DNA of 64,000 nucleotides from Promethearchaeota archaeon (GCA_019058445.1 JAHPZA010000010.1:636035-700034); one strand, 5' to 3'. Shown: positions 41,151 to 51,582, counted from the stretch's first letter. Program-made: numbers and translations. Notes: a model not told the origin generated them from the sequence alone.

Positions 41151-43106
41151 TCATAGTTTTTTAGGTATAGAAAAAGTAAAAGTTGTACCAACTCCTAGAA
41201 CACTAAAAAATGTTATCTCACCTCCATGTAAATTAACTAATCTTTTAGTCAACGATAACCCTAATCCAGTACCAGGAACAGAACGAACATATGAGGAGTC
41301 AACCCTTTTAAATTCTTTAAAAATTAAGTCAAAATCTTTACGGGCAATTCCTATCCCATCGTCTCTTACTTTAATTAACCAATGATCATATTTTTCTTGA
41401 ACCACAATAGAAATAATTCCCTTCGCTGAAAATTTAATTGCATTACTTACAAGATTTAAAAGTATTTCTTTGAACCTTATAGGATCAGCAAATATTTCCT
41501 TCTCACTATCTAAACCTTTAATTTTAAATTTAAGACCTTTCTTTTTGTAAAGAGCCCTTACTGATGATTTGATCTGATTTACCATATTATTTAATGAAAA
41601 CTTTTGAATATTTAAGACTATTTGGCCAGCTTCAATTTTAGAGATATCTAAAATATGCTTTATCATATCAAATTGATATTCTGCTGATGACTTAATATCA
41701 TTAAGATATTCTAATTGCTCATCATTTAGTTCACCATATACCCCTTCTAATAGTAAATCTGTAAATCCGATAATGGCATTTAACGGAGTTCTTAATTCAT
41801 GAGACATCGTAGACATGAACTCTGTTTTAAATTGAGAAGATTTTAAGATTTGATCAAGGTATAACTTTTGTTGCTCGAGAGCATCATTTAATTCTTTTGT
41901 TCTATTTTGTACTTCTTTTTCTAATTCTTCCTTGAACTGTTGTTCCAAAAGTTCACCTTTTTTTTTTTCGGTTATATCTTGGAAGATAAATTGTAACAAC
42001 ATACGTTCTCCAATTTTAAATGAAGACGCTTGAAGATTAACCCAAATTGATCTAGAATCATTATTTTCGATTTGTATTTCAATTGGTTCGGGATATTCAC
42101 CTTTGAAGGAAGCTTGAAAAATCTGTTTAAAATAAGGTTTAATTTCATTGGGAAAAATTTCTGTTAAATCGTATATATTTTTGCCGATGAGATAATCCTT
42201 ATTAAAGCCTAATAATTTATTTGATGTAGTATTAGTATCAACAACTATTCCCTCAAAATCTATTAGTAGTATAGCGCTTGGGGAATTTTCAAATAAATTC
42301 TTGTATTTCTCTTCAGCTAATTTTCGTTCGGTAATATTTCGAAGTATAACTAACCATTTTAATTCACCTTTCTTGTTGTAATAGGTATTACCTCGACAAT
42401 CGAACCAAATCCAATTTTGATCTTTATGTTTAAATCGTAATTCGATTTTCTGCCCATCAATTTTAAATCTTTTATTAAAGGTATCAAGTGCAGTCTCAAT
42501 GTCATCAGGATGAATATAATTTAAAACTGAATTATCTATAACATCTTTTACACCATACCCTAAAAGTTTAAAAAAGATGTGTTCATTGATATATTCAAAT
42601 TCATATTCATCATTTAAGACATAAATCAAATCATTAACATTTTCTGTAATTCTACGGTAAGTCTCTTCACTTTCTAATAACTCTTGTTCAGCTTTTTTTT
42701 GATTAGTAATTTCTTTTAGAAACACCACAATTTTAAGATTCTTTTCTTTATCTTTAAATGACTTACCTCTTATTTCAAACCAAGGATATCCTCCATCTTT
42801 GTGTTTTAATCTTACTTGTAAAGGATTGGTATTACTTATAATTTCACATTTTGTAATATTTACATCATTATTAACATCATCAGGATGAACAAGAGATAAT
42901 AATGGATTTCCTATGATATCGTCTTTTGAATATCTTAAATTTTTCTCAAAGGCATATTCATTAATGAATTCAAATTCATAATCTTCATTTAAAATTGAAA
43001 TCAAATCATTGGTATTTTCAAATATAAATTTATATTTTTCATATAAATTAACAAAATCAGAAGCTTTCTCTTCAATTTTGTCTTTATCTTTAAAAGCCTC
43101 GTTCAA
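41151..43106 (-). CDS. PAS domain sensor histidine kinase
   Basis: 3 PAS domains, MSHELRTPLN, NLVSNAIKF, GTGLGL. Confidence 0.95.
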   Translation of the reverse strand: MNEAFKDKDKIEEKASDFVNLYEKYKFIFENTNDLISILNEDYEFEFINEYAFEKNLRYSKDDIIGNPLLSLVHPDDVNNDVNITKCEIISNTNPLQVRLKHKDGGYPWFEIRGKSFKDKEKNLKIVVFLKEITNQKKAEQELLESEETYRRITENVNDLIYVLNDEYEFEYINEHIFFKLLGYGVKDVIDNSVLNYIHPDDIETALDTFNKRFKIDGQKIELRFKHKDQNWIWFDCRGNTYYNKKGELKWLVILRNITERKLAEEKYKNLFENSPSAILLIDFEGIVVDTNTTSNKLLGFNKDYLIGKNIYDLTEIFPNEIKPYFKQIFQASFKGEYPEPIEIQIENNDSRSIWVNLQASSFKIGERMLLQFIFQDITEKKKGELLEQQFKEELEKEVQNRTKELNDALEQQKLYLDQILKSSQFKTEFMSTMSHELRTPLNAIIGFTDLLLEGVYGELNDEQLEYLNDIKSSAEYQFDMIKHILDISKIEAGQIVLNIQKFSLNNMVNQIKSSVRALYKKKGLKFKIKGLDSEKEIFADPIRFKEILLNLVSNAIKFSAKGIISIVVQEKYDHWLIKVRDDGIGIARKDFDLIFKEFKRVDSSYVRSVPGTGLGLSLTKRLVNLHGGEITFFSVLGVGTTFTFSIPKKL

Positions 43107-43783
43107 GTTTTACCCATCTTAACAAGCTAATTGTGCTTGTAGTTAATTTTGAATCTTGTTTAGATAACTAAAATACAAGTATTGCTATTGTTTAAAAATT
43201 TAAGCTATGTAAATATTCAACAAATATTGAGTTTTCTTTAATAAAACATGGATTTTTATTACTTATACCAGATTCTACAACTTCAGCATTGAATTTTAAA
43301 TCTTTAGGGAAAATTATTATTCTTTTGAATTTTTAGATGATATTGAAGATAATCTAATCCATTTATGAATGCTTTTCGATCCATTTTCCTGCGTTCGAAT
43401 AATCTATATTCTTCTGACCACATGTTAAGATAATGAGTTATTTAATTACATTTTGCCAGAAATTCTTACAAACAAATTAAATCGAAATAAATAAAAAAGG
43501 GAAATTTGCTCACACATACAGATTGTAATATGATAATTGGATACAAATTGGATTTCACATTTAGTAAGTATTCTTTTACTCAGACATAATAAGGTTTTGA
43601 TTAAGTTCTTTAATTATCATATAATCATCCGATTTCTTCTTTTAAGGAGTCATATTTTATATATAAGATAGACCTTTTCTTAAAACCAAAATTTATAATT
43701 ATATAATTTTTTTTTAGATATAGGTTTCTCATAGTACTTTATTTTTATAAAAACATTCTAACTTTTTAGGAAAATAGGGAATA

Positions 43784-45841
43784 ATGAACGAATTAAAAGA
43801 ATTTTTTGAAGAGTATATTAAAAAGTTAAAAATTATAAAACAAAAACTCGAATACTATCAAGAAATAGAAAGATCTGATGAATATAATATAGAAGTCACT
43901 GAAATGATAAATGAAGCTATTGATTACACCTCTTTACCATTAAATATATTGAAGAAAAAACTTGAAAAAAATTCACAACAAATTGAACGAGTAATCGAAG
44001 AAAAATATAGATTTATCACTGAAAGCGTGAATGATGTCATTTCTGTTTTCGATAAAAATTTAAACCTTATATATATTAATAATGCTGCGCAAAGATTATC
44101 AGGATTTTCGAAGGATGAAGTGTTGGGCAGAAAACCTCAGGAATTTATGCATCCAAACGATATCAACCGAAGTATTAAAATATTTCAAGAAGCGCTAAAA
44201 ACCGGCGAGGGTCTTGGAGAATTTAGATTGAAGCGTAAGGATGGTTCCTATATATGGTTGGAAGTTAACGCCAGAATTGTTCACGATAAAAATGGAGAAA
44301 CAAACGCGATTTTGGTCTCTCGAGATATTACTAACCGAAAATTAATAGAAAAAAAATTAAAAGAATCCGAGGAAAAATATAAAATAATTACAGAACACGC
44401 AAATGATTTGATTTGTATTATTGATGAAAAATTTAAATTTGAATATATCAATGAAAATGTCCATGAAAAATTGTTAGGATATATAAATAAGGATATTATT
44501 GGTAAGCATGTAGGATTATTTATCCATCCTGATGATCTTAACTATGCTATTGAAAGTTTTCAGGATGCGATTCAAAATGGTGAATCTAAAGGAGAAATTC
44601 GACTTAGAAATAAAGAAGGAAGCTATATATGGATAGAATTTAAGGGAGAGCTTTTTATTGCTCGTGGTGGAAAAAGAAAAAACTTTTTAATTTCAAGAGA
44701 TATTACCGAACGCAAAAATGTAATGCAACAATTAAAAGAATCCGAAGAAAAATTCAGAGCTCTTTATGAAAAAACGTATTTAGCTATTCTTCTTATCACT
44801 ATAGATGGTACTATTCTTGATTGTAATCGATCTTTTGAAAAAACATTAGGTTTCACAAAGGAGGAAATCATTGGGAAAAAATATAAAGATATAGGTATTG
44901 TTCGCGAAAAATTAATTCCAATTCTGTTACGACGGCTTAAAACAGTCTCTAAAGGCGAGAAACTCCCCGTAGTAGAATTTAAAGTTAGAAAGAAGAATGG
45001 TGAAATGATTTGGGTAAGGATTAAATCAACTTTAGTGGATATTGGCATGAATTCATATATACAAATTGTCGGAGAAGATATTACTGAACTAAAGCAGGCA
45101 GAAAATCTTGTTAAAATGGAGTTAGAAAAATTAAAAGCACTTGATCAAGTTAAGAATGATCTCATAACCCGAATTTCACATGAAATAAAAACACCATTAT
45201 CCTTAATTTGCGGTGCTACAGAACTTCTATCCGATTATTATAACGAAATCCATGATGATAGAGCAAATGAAATCATAGATATTTTGAAAAGGGGAGGCCA
45301 TAGATTAAAACTTTTAGTTAAAAATTTAATTGATGCCTCTATACTCGAATCTCGTAATCTTAAATTGAAGGTTCAAAGAGAAAATCTCGTAGATATTATT
45401 AAGAATTGTATAGTTGAGATAAAATATTTCGCAGAGAAACGAAATCATTTTATAACCTTGGATTTTAAGGAAGATATTTTCTTAAACGTAAGTCGAGATA
45501 AAATAGAACAGGTTTTCATAAATATTTTGTTAAATGCTATAAAAAACACCCCCCCCAATGGGAGAATTTATATTAATATGAAGAAATATAACGGATATAT
45601 TGATATTGTAATCGCAGATACCGGTGTTGGATTATCTGAAGAAGAAAAACCGAAATTATTCAAAAAGTTTGGCAAAATCGAAAGATACGGAAAAGGATTG
45701 GATGTTGATACGGAAGGTTCTGGATTGGGGTTATATATCTCGAAAAAAATAGTTGGATTACATGGTGGAAAAGTATGGGTTGAATCTGAAGGGAGAAACA
45801 AGGGATCAACCTTTATCATTCGATTACCCGAAATAACTTAA
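43784..45841 (+). CDS. PAS domain sensor histidine kinase
   Basis: 3 PAS domains, ISHEIKTPL, NILLNAIK, GSGLGL. Confidence 0.95.
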   Translation: MNELKEFFEEYIKKLKIIKQKLEYYQEIERSDEYNIEVTEMINEAIDYTSLPLNILKKKLEKNSQQIERVIEEKYRFITESVNDVISVFDKNLNLIYINNAAQRLSGFSKDEVLGRKPQEFMHPNDINRSIKIFQEALKTGEGLGEFRLKRKDGSYIWLEVNARIVHDKNGETNAILVSRDITNRKLIEKKLKESEEKYKIITEHANDLICIIDEKFKFEYINENVHEKLLGYINKDIIGKHVGLFIHPDDLNYAIESFQDAIQNGESKGEIRLRNKEGSYIWIEFKGELFIARGGKRKNFLISRDITERKNVMQQLKESEEKFRALYEKTYLAILLITIDGTILDCNRSFEKTLGFTKEEIIGKKYKDIGIVREKLIPILLRRLKTVSKGEKLPVVEFKVRKKNGEMIWVRIKSTLVDIGMNSYIQIVGEDITELKQAENLVKMELEKLKALDQVKNDLITRISHEIKTPLSLICGATELLSDYYNEIHDDRANEIIDILKRGGHRLKLLVKNLIDASILESRNLKLKVQRENLVDIIKNCIVEIKYFAEKRNHFITLDFKEDIFLNVSRDKIEQVFINILLNAIKNTPPNGRIYINMKKYNGYIDIVIADTGVGLSEEEKPKLFKKFGKIERYGKGLDVDTEGSGLGLYISKKIVGLHGGKVWVESEGRNKGSTFIIRLPEIT

Positions 45842-46011
45842 GCGTTTACTCATTTCTTTTCAGCCTTAAGAATTGAAATACCAAAGTTACTACCTTTTGT
45901 ATAATCATCTTAAACTTTGTCTTCTATCTAAATTTAATAAAAAAGCGAACTCGTGCTTAAATCAACATAAGGATACAGATATTTTGCAGCAAAAGAAAAA
46001 AAATTAAGAGA

Positions 46012-48294
46012 TTATGTTCTTTTATAGATGAATCGGTCCCAAGATTTAGTTGAGGCCATTTCTTCGGGCATCCCCTTGCGTTTTCTTATATCTAAAATTA
46101 CTTCTTCTTCTAAAGAGGGAGGAACTTTCTCAAAACCTTTAAATTCATATCCGAAAAAGGCTCTTCCCTGTGTAGAACTTCGAATTTCATCGGCAATTCC
46201 AATTATTTCAGCAGCGGGAATCTGACCTTGAACTCTCACGTACTCTCCTTCGGGTATAACGTTATTAATTCGTCCACGATGTTTATTAATTATTGCATTC
46301 ACCCCTCCTTCTGTTCCCTCAGGTGTTTTCACATCTATTTTTTGAATTGGCTCAAATATATGAGGCTCAGCATTAAGCATCGCTAAGGAGAGCGCTGAAT
46401 AACTCATGGATGCTGTCTGAGCGAATTGGGTATGGCGAGGGTCTTCGTGAATTACGAGATCTGTGAAAACTGCCTTAATTCCAAGCGCGGGCTCTTTAGC
46501 TAATATACATTCTTCAACCCAATTTCTAAATGAACTGATAAGATCATTTTTTATTCTATCAAAGCGCTGTAGTCCTGAGGCTCCATTAACTAAAAGGTTT
46601 CCTTTATATACATCCACAATTCGTCTTGCCTCCTTAGTTTCCCATCCTGCTTCTTCTCTTAGAATTTGTGCTCGCTCTTTTTCGTTCTGTAAATCAGTGA
46701 TTCGTCCCTCATCTAGTAATTCTTCAGTCTTTTCATCTAAAGGTTCTATATACAACAATAAACGATTATGAGTATTTGTGGACTTCGTATGAAATTCTTT
46801 GCTTTTTTTCGTAATTTTCTCTCGATATACAATGATTGGTTCTCCAATTTCAATTTTTACTTGATTGTCGATTCGCTTAGTTAAGATTTCAATCTGTAGG
46901 GGATCAATTCCGCTTAGTATATACTCCATTGATTCTTTATTTAACCGAAATTCAGCAGTTGGATCCGCCTGCAACCATTTTCCGACGACTTCTCCTAACT
47001 TCGCCAGGTCATGAGGATCTTTTGGTTTAATACTTCTCGATACAACAGCTTTACATGCATAATGAATTTTTTCGAATGAAGGTATTGATGATACCTCATC
47101 TTTATTTTTAGGAATATCTTGAGCATTAATAAAGGTTTCACCAGAAGGACAAATAAATCCATAGAGCGCAAAAAGATTTCCAGCAGGAACCTTGGGAATG
47201 TCAAGAATGTCTGTAATTTCCATGACTCCAAGTCGTTTGACTCGATTAGCAGTCCTACTTCCTAGTAAATAGATTGAATCGGTTTGATCAAATGTTCCGG
47301 AAAAGACTCTTCCGATAAGAGTGGCTTGATAATTTCTTTTAGGATCAAGAAACAGCTTGGTGATCATTCCATATAGAGGCCCGTTAGGGTCGCTTTTTGC
47401 CAGAGCTTGCCCTAACTCTGAATCCATATCACCTCCCCAGAGATGTTGAATTCTATACTTCGAAGCTTCAATAGGATTTGGTAAATGATCGACGACCATT
47501 CTTAGCATCGGCTCGTCAAGAGGTAAGTTCTCCCTTAACCACGCAATGTCACCTTCAGTGTATTTCTCAAAGACGGTTATAGGAGTATATCCTTTTTCTT
47601 TTAAGATTTCGTAGGTGAATCCCCACCCATGTTTAGCAGATCCGACAGCAACACTGTTTTTAGCAAAATCAATGCCCCAATCAGACCCATCTGGTCTGAC
47701 TTTTTTGATTAATTCATTTACTTCATTTGTAATCTTATCAATTTTCGCATACGTATCCTTAGGACTAAGTTTAAGCTCGCTTATTAATCGATCTACTTTA
47801 TTAATAAATAACACGGGTTTACAGTATTCCTCGCCAACAGCAAGCCGAATATTTGTTTCTGTTTGTGTCATTATACCCTCTAAAGCGTCAACTAAGATAA
47901 TTGCTCCATCAGAACCTCTTAAGGCTCTTGAAACTTCTCCAGTAAATGAAATATGGCCGGGAGTATCATTAAGCTGAAATATGTAGGGTTCGGGTTCGTC
48001 AGGTTTTCTTGGATCATTAAATGCCAATAAAACTACAGACGTGAATATTGTGATGCCTCTCTCTTGCTCCTCGTCATCTGACTACAGTAGATAAAGTTTA
48101 CCTTTATCTATATCTGTCATTTGGAGCTGACCAGCATCTTCGGGTCTCATTAACCCTGCACGCCTTAATAGATAATCTGTAGCTGTGGTTTTGCCGTGAT
48201 CTATGTGGGCAGTGATACTGAAGATTCTTTTTTTCTCATATGAACCAGAAGTCACCAGTTTGGCGATTTCGTCGGGGTTCTTTACTTTAACCAT
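46012..48294 (-). CDS. fusA: translation elongation factor aEF-2; spliced join of 48112-48294 and 46012-48081 gives 750 aa
   Basis: Exon 1 AHIDHGKTT...QMTD; exon 2 SDDEEQERGITI, DTPGH, NKVD, HEDPRH, RSSTQGRA; two ORF-track entries (48082..48294 and 46012..48027) form one gene. Confidence 0.93.
48082..48111 (-). other. 30-nt bulge-helix-bulge (tRNA-type) intron in EF-2 mRNA
   Basis: mRNA UG ACAG AU^A UAGAUAAAG GUAAA CUUUAUCUA CUGU AG^U CA: 4-bp helix, two 3-nt bulges, perfect 9-bp stem; excision removes the TAG and restores TD-SDDEEQERGITI. Confidence 0.88.
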
Positions 48295-48432
48295 TTATAT
48301 TCACTTAATATTAATTCTCATGTAATTATTAAAGAAAAAAATATGAGAAACCATAAAAATTTTATGGATTTACCCTATAAATCGCTAAGTTTATCGGTTT
48401 TTAGATGTTTTTTTTAGTTGTACTCTTACAGA

Positions 48433-49578
48433 TTATTTTGTGATATCCATCCAATTGAGCATGAAATCAAGTACAAGCTTATAATTGCCTATTTGGCAGT
48501 GATTAGCCGCATGTTCCTTTTCTGTAAACATTCTGCAGGTAAGAGATTTTACATTCTTAAGTGCTTCTATTTGATTATAAAACATTTCGATAGGGATAAA
48601 ATGATCATTTGTGCCTGCTAATAGTAATACATCGCAGGTGATTTTATCAGAGATAGTAGCTGTGGAAAACAATCTCGCTTTTTGTAAAAATTCAAAAGGA
48701 TTGTTTACTCCAAAAACATACATTCCATGATTTAAGCCCCAGTTGACCAGTAAATCATTTTTCATCATTCTCTGAGCGACTTTATTCAGCATGTCTATCT
48801 GGTTAGTGTCTAAGAATGATTCGATCATTTTTCGTACCTTGGGTCCACCAGCATACAAAAGCACTTCAAAAAAATCATAAATAATATCAAAAGCAATTAC
48901 TTTTGAGATTCTTGGCTCAAAGGCAGCTGCACGCAATCCCAAGTATCCCCCCAACGATATTCCTATTAATGCTACATTATCAAGATTAAAATAGTCTAAA
49001 ACGGCTTTTACTGGTTTTTCCCATTCATGAATCATTGGAAATTTGTTTTTCTTTAGAGCAGCTCCTTGTCCGGGGCCTTCAAATAATATAACTTCATAAC
49101 CGTTATCTCTAAAATATGAACCGAATAAATAAAACTCCTCTAAAAATGAATCATATCCCCCATGAATAACAACTATTCCTTTGCGTTCATCATTTGTAAG
49201 GTGTATTCCAGGTAGGAAAGAATTTTCATAGGGAATTTCTACTTTTTCATCAACAGCATTTTTATAAATGGAATAAAACAAATCAATAAATTTGTCATAT
49301 AGAATTTCTTTATCTAGATCATTAGGTGCAACAAAGAATTCTGCTGCTCTATAATACATAGCAGCATTTAAAGTCCTATTTTCACCAAGGGCTTTTTCTG
49401 CAAGTGCCACCAATTCTCTTTTCCAATCGTTAAAGTCTTTTATTTTAGGTGCTAATTCTTTTATTTCTTCATAACTACCCCCATTTGTAATTAATCTATT
49501 AAGTTGAAAATTTATATTTGCTTGTTCATGGAGGTCATGATATCCTATTGGAAATTTGTATTCTGACTTAAGACTCAT
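48433..49578 (-). CDS. alpha/beta hydrolase (FrsA/DHPON hydrolase-like)
   Basis: YYRAAEFF, HGGYDS, EGPGQG, GISLGG, D..HCQ. Confidence 0.85.
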   Translation of the reverse strand: MSLKSEYKFPIGYHDLHEQANINFQLNRLITNGGSYEEIKELAPKIKDFNDWKRELVALAEKALGENRTLNAAMYYRAAEFFVAPNDLDKEILYDKFIDLFYSIYKNAVDEKVEIPYENSFLPGIHLTNDERKGIVVIHGGYDSFLEEFYLFGSYFRDNGYEVILFEGPGQGAALKKNKFPMIHEWEKPVKAVLDYFNLDNVALIGISLGGYLGLRAAAFEPRISKVIAFDIIYDFFEVLLYAGGPKVRKMIESFLDTNQIDMLNKVAQRMMKNDLLVNWGLNHGMYVFGVNNPFEFLQKARLFSTATISDKITCDVLLLAGTNDHFIPIEMFYNQIEALKNVKSLTCRMFTEKEHAANHCQIGNYKLVLDFMLNWMDITK

Positions 49579-49714
49579 TTCTTAACATCTCCTTTTTGGA
49601 ATAATCTTCTTAAAGAACCTCTTTCATTAATAGTTTATGATAAAAAGCTAATTTAGAACATAAGCTCGAATCCAAAATTCTTAAGAATTTATGAAAAATG
49701 AAAAGTAAAAAAAA

Positions 49715-50899
49715 TTAGATGTTTATTGGATAATTTCCAAATTCCTTTGTTGCTTCAATCATCCATTTTAAATTTTCAACATTAACGCCAGGATGCATAT
49801 TTGCTGCTGAGACAACGTACCCTCCTCCTGGTCCGCCTGTTTTAATGGCATATTTTACTGCATCATAAACCTCTTCCTTGGTAGCATCGACCAATATATG
49901 GGACACATCTATATTGCCCATTAGACACAGTTTATCTCCAACTTTCTTTTTTACTACTGCTAAATCGACACCTGCAGTAGGTTCGAGACTTTGTAATCCA
50001 TCAAATCCACAATTAACTACAAAATCTAAAAGCGGGGTAACTTGACCGTCAGTATGAAGGACAATTTTCCCGCCTCGTTCGTGGACAGCATCAGTTATAA
50101 GTTTGTATCCAGGTAATAATAGCTCCTCAAACTTCTTGGGACTCATCATGGGACCAGAATGATATGCTAAATCTCCAGACTCTACAAAAAATTCAGCTCC
50201 CTCATCCATATAACTCATGTACAGATCAGCGGTAAATTGTGAATAAACATCATGAACTTCTTTAATAAATTTAGGATTTTTGTTTACCATTTTTGAATAA
50301 TACGTCATTCCCATCCCTTGGGAAGCACTCTCAAAAATACCTGCTAAATCGTTGGTAACAGCTATAAATATTTTATCTTTATTTTTTTTACTTGCCCGTC
50401 TATAAAATTTTCTTACAAATTTCTTATATTTTTCTGTGAGAGGCCCCTCTATTTGTTCCTTTGTATCCTTCCACTTTTCAGGGGTGTTCATGGTACCATA
50501 TAAATAATAGGGATTAAAATTTCCTTCATTATTTCTCGCTTCCCAAATTCGACCGAATATATCCTTCATTAAGAGCCTATTGTCGCCCGGGATCTCAACA
50601 AAATATAAGGGAATAATCCCAACTTGCATACAATCTAGACCTATTTCAACCGCAGCATCTACACATCGAGAAAAGACAGATGCTTCCACACTTTCTATTA
50701 AATTACTTAATTCTTCAGTCCAACCATCCGGATTATCACGTTTTATCTGCTCAACAGTATCAAAATCAGTGATTTGTGGCTTTCCAAGAATTTTATCAAC
50801 ATTATTGGCATCGATATATATTGTATGACAAGGTACACGATCCGGCTCTTCCAGATTTAAAGCAGTAAGAACTCTTTCTCTACAATTCATATAATTCAC
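49715..50899 (-). CDS. uroporphyrinogen decarboxylase-family methyltransferase (MtaA/CmuA-like)
   Basis: RERV..AL..EEPDRVP, MMSP, HTDG, LCLMGNID, GPGGGYV. Confidence 0.85.
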   Translation of the reverse strand: MNYMNCRERVLTALNLEEPDRVPCHTIYIDANNVDKILGKPQITDFDTVEQIKRDNPDGWTEELSNLIESVEASVFSRCVDAAVEIGLDCMQVGIIPLYFVEIPGDNRLLMKDIFGRIWEARNNEGNFNPYYLYGTMNTPEKWKDTKEQIEGPLTEKYKKFVRKFYRRASKKNKDKIFIAVTNDLAGIFESASQGMGMTYYSKMVNKNPKFIKEVHDVYSQFTADLYMSYMDEGAEFFVESGDLAYHSGPMMSPKKFEELLLPGYKLITDAVHERGGKIVLHTDGQVTPLLDFVVNCGFDGLQSLEPTAGVDLAVVKKKVGDKLCLMGNIDVSHILVDATKEEVYDAVKYAIKTGGPGGGYVVSAANMHPGVNVENLKWMIEATKEFGNYPINI

Positions 50900-50949
50900 C
50901 CAATTACGAATAATAAAAAATAAAATAAAAATTAACTTAAAAATCTCTT

Positions 50950-51582
50950 TTATTCAGCTAATGCTTTGATATGCTTAACACCATCTACCGCATCATCAGC
51001 AAAATCATCAGCGCCCAATTTTTTGGCGAGTTCCATATTTAATGGGGCTCCGCCTACAATTAATTTCACCTTATCTCTAAGACCTGCTGATTTTAAAGCT
51101 TCGTGTACAACTTTTATTTGTTCTACGGTCATGGTCAATAGAGAACTTAATGCGACAACAGTTGCCCCCGTTTCTTTTACTTTATCAATTATAGCTTGTT
51201 CCTCAACATCCATTCCTAAATCTATTACTTCAAAACCGGAACTTAAGAGTAAAGAACCAAGGATGTTTTTTCCAATATCGTGATTATCTCCTTTAACTGT
51301 TGCTATAATTACTTTTACTTTAGATTCCGATCTATCTGCCGCAGCTAATGCAGGCTGTAATATTACGAACGCTTCTTTCATAGTCTCTCCAGCTAATACT
51401 AACTCCGTCAAATAATATTCTTTTTCTTCATATCTCCGCCCAACCTCATCCATACCCTTTGTAAGCGCATTTAAAACATCAAAAGGGTCCTTTCCATCTG
51501 CCTCAAGAGCTTCTTTTACCGCATCAGCAATGTCATCGACTTCTAACTCAATAATTAGTTCAGTTAATTTTTCAAAATCCAT
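50950..51582 (-). CDS. corrinoid (B12-binding) protein
   Basis: GMDEVGRRYE, GDNHDIGKN, LSSLLT, VGGAP. Confidence 0.93.
   Translation of the reverse strand: MDFEKLTELIIELEVDDIADAVKEALEADGKDPFDVLNALTKGMDEVGRRYEEKEYYLTELVLAGETMKEAFVILQPALAAADRSESKVKVIIATVKGDNHDIGKNILGSLLLSSGFEVIDLGMDVEEQAIIDKVKETGATVVALSSLLTMTVEQIKVVHEALKSAGLRDKVKLIVGGAPLNMELAKKLGADDFADDAVDGVKHIKALAE

Larger units (their letters stand above)
16741..46011. other. candidate ~29 kb acquired signalling island between two EF-2 3'-end copies
   Basis: Flanked by 670-bp direct repeats; mostly signalling genes, with several pseudogenes; no integrase seen. Confidence 0.55.

Noticed and set aside
43107-43783. Long intergenic gap as an ncRNA or gene remnant
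   Set aside because: I could not read a convincing structure or homology from it.
16741-46011. Island as a provirus or integrative conjugative element
   Set aside because: No integrase, transposase, replication or virion genes are seen.
48082-48084. TAG in EF-2 as pyrrolysine or stop read-through
   Set aside because: It would put 10 extra residues into the conserved switch I motif. The exact BHB geometry explains the insert better, and no pyl genes are present in this window.
48082-48101. Spliceosomal-looking AAG|GTAAAC...TGTAG inside the EF-2 insert
   Set aside because: Removing these 20 nt leaves 10 nt and shifts the frame. Archaea have no known spliceosome, so I treat this as coincidence.
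46012-48294. EF-2 as a pseudogene or as two separate genes
   Set aside because: All motifs are intact on both sides, and a single precise, structured insert accounts for the split.
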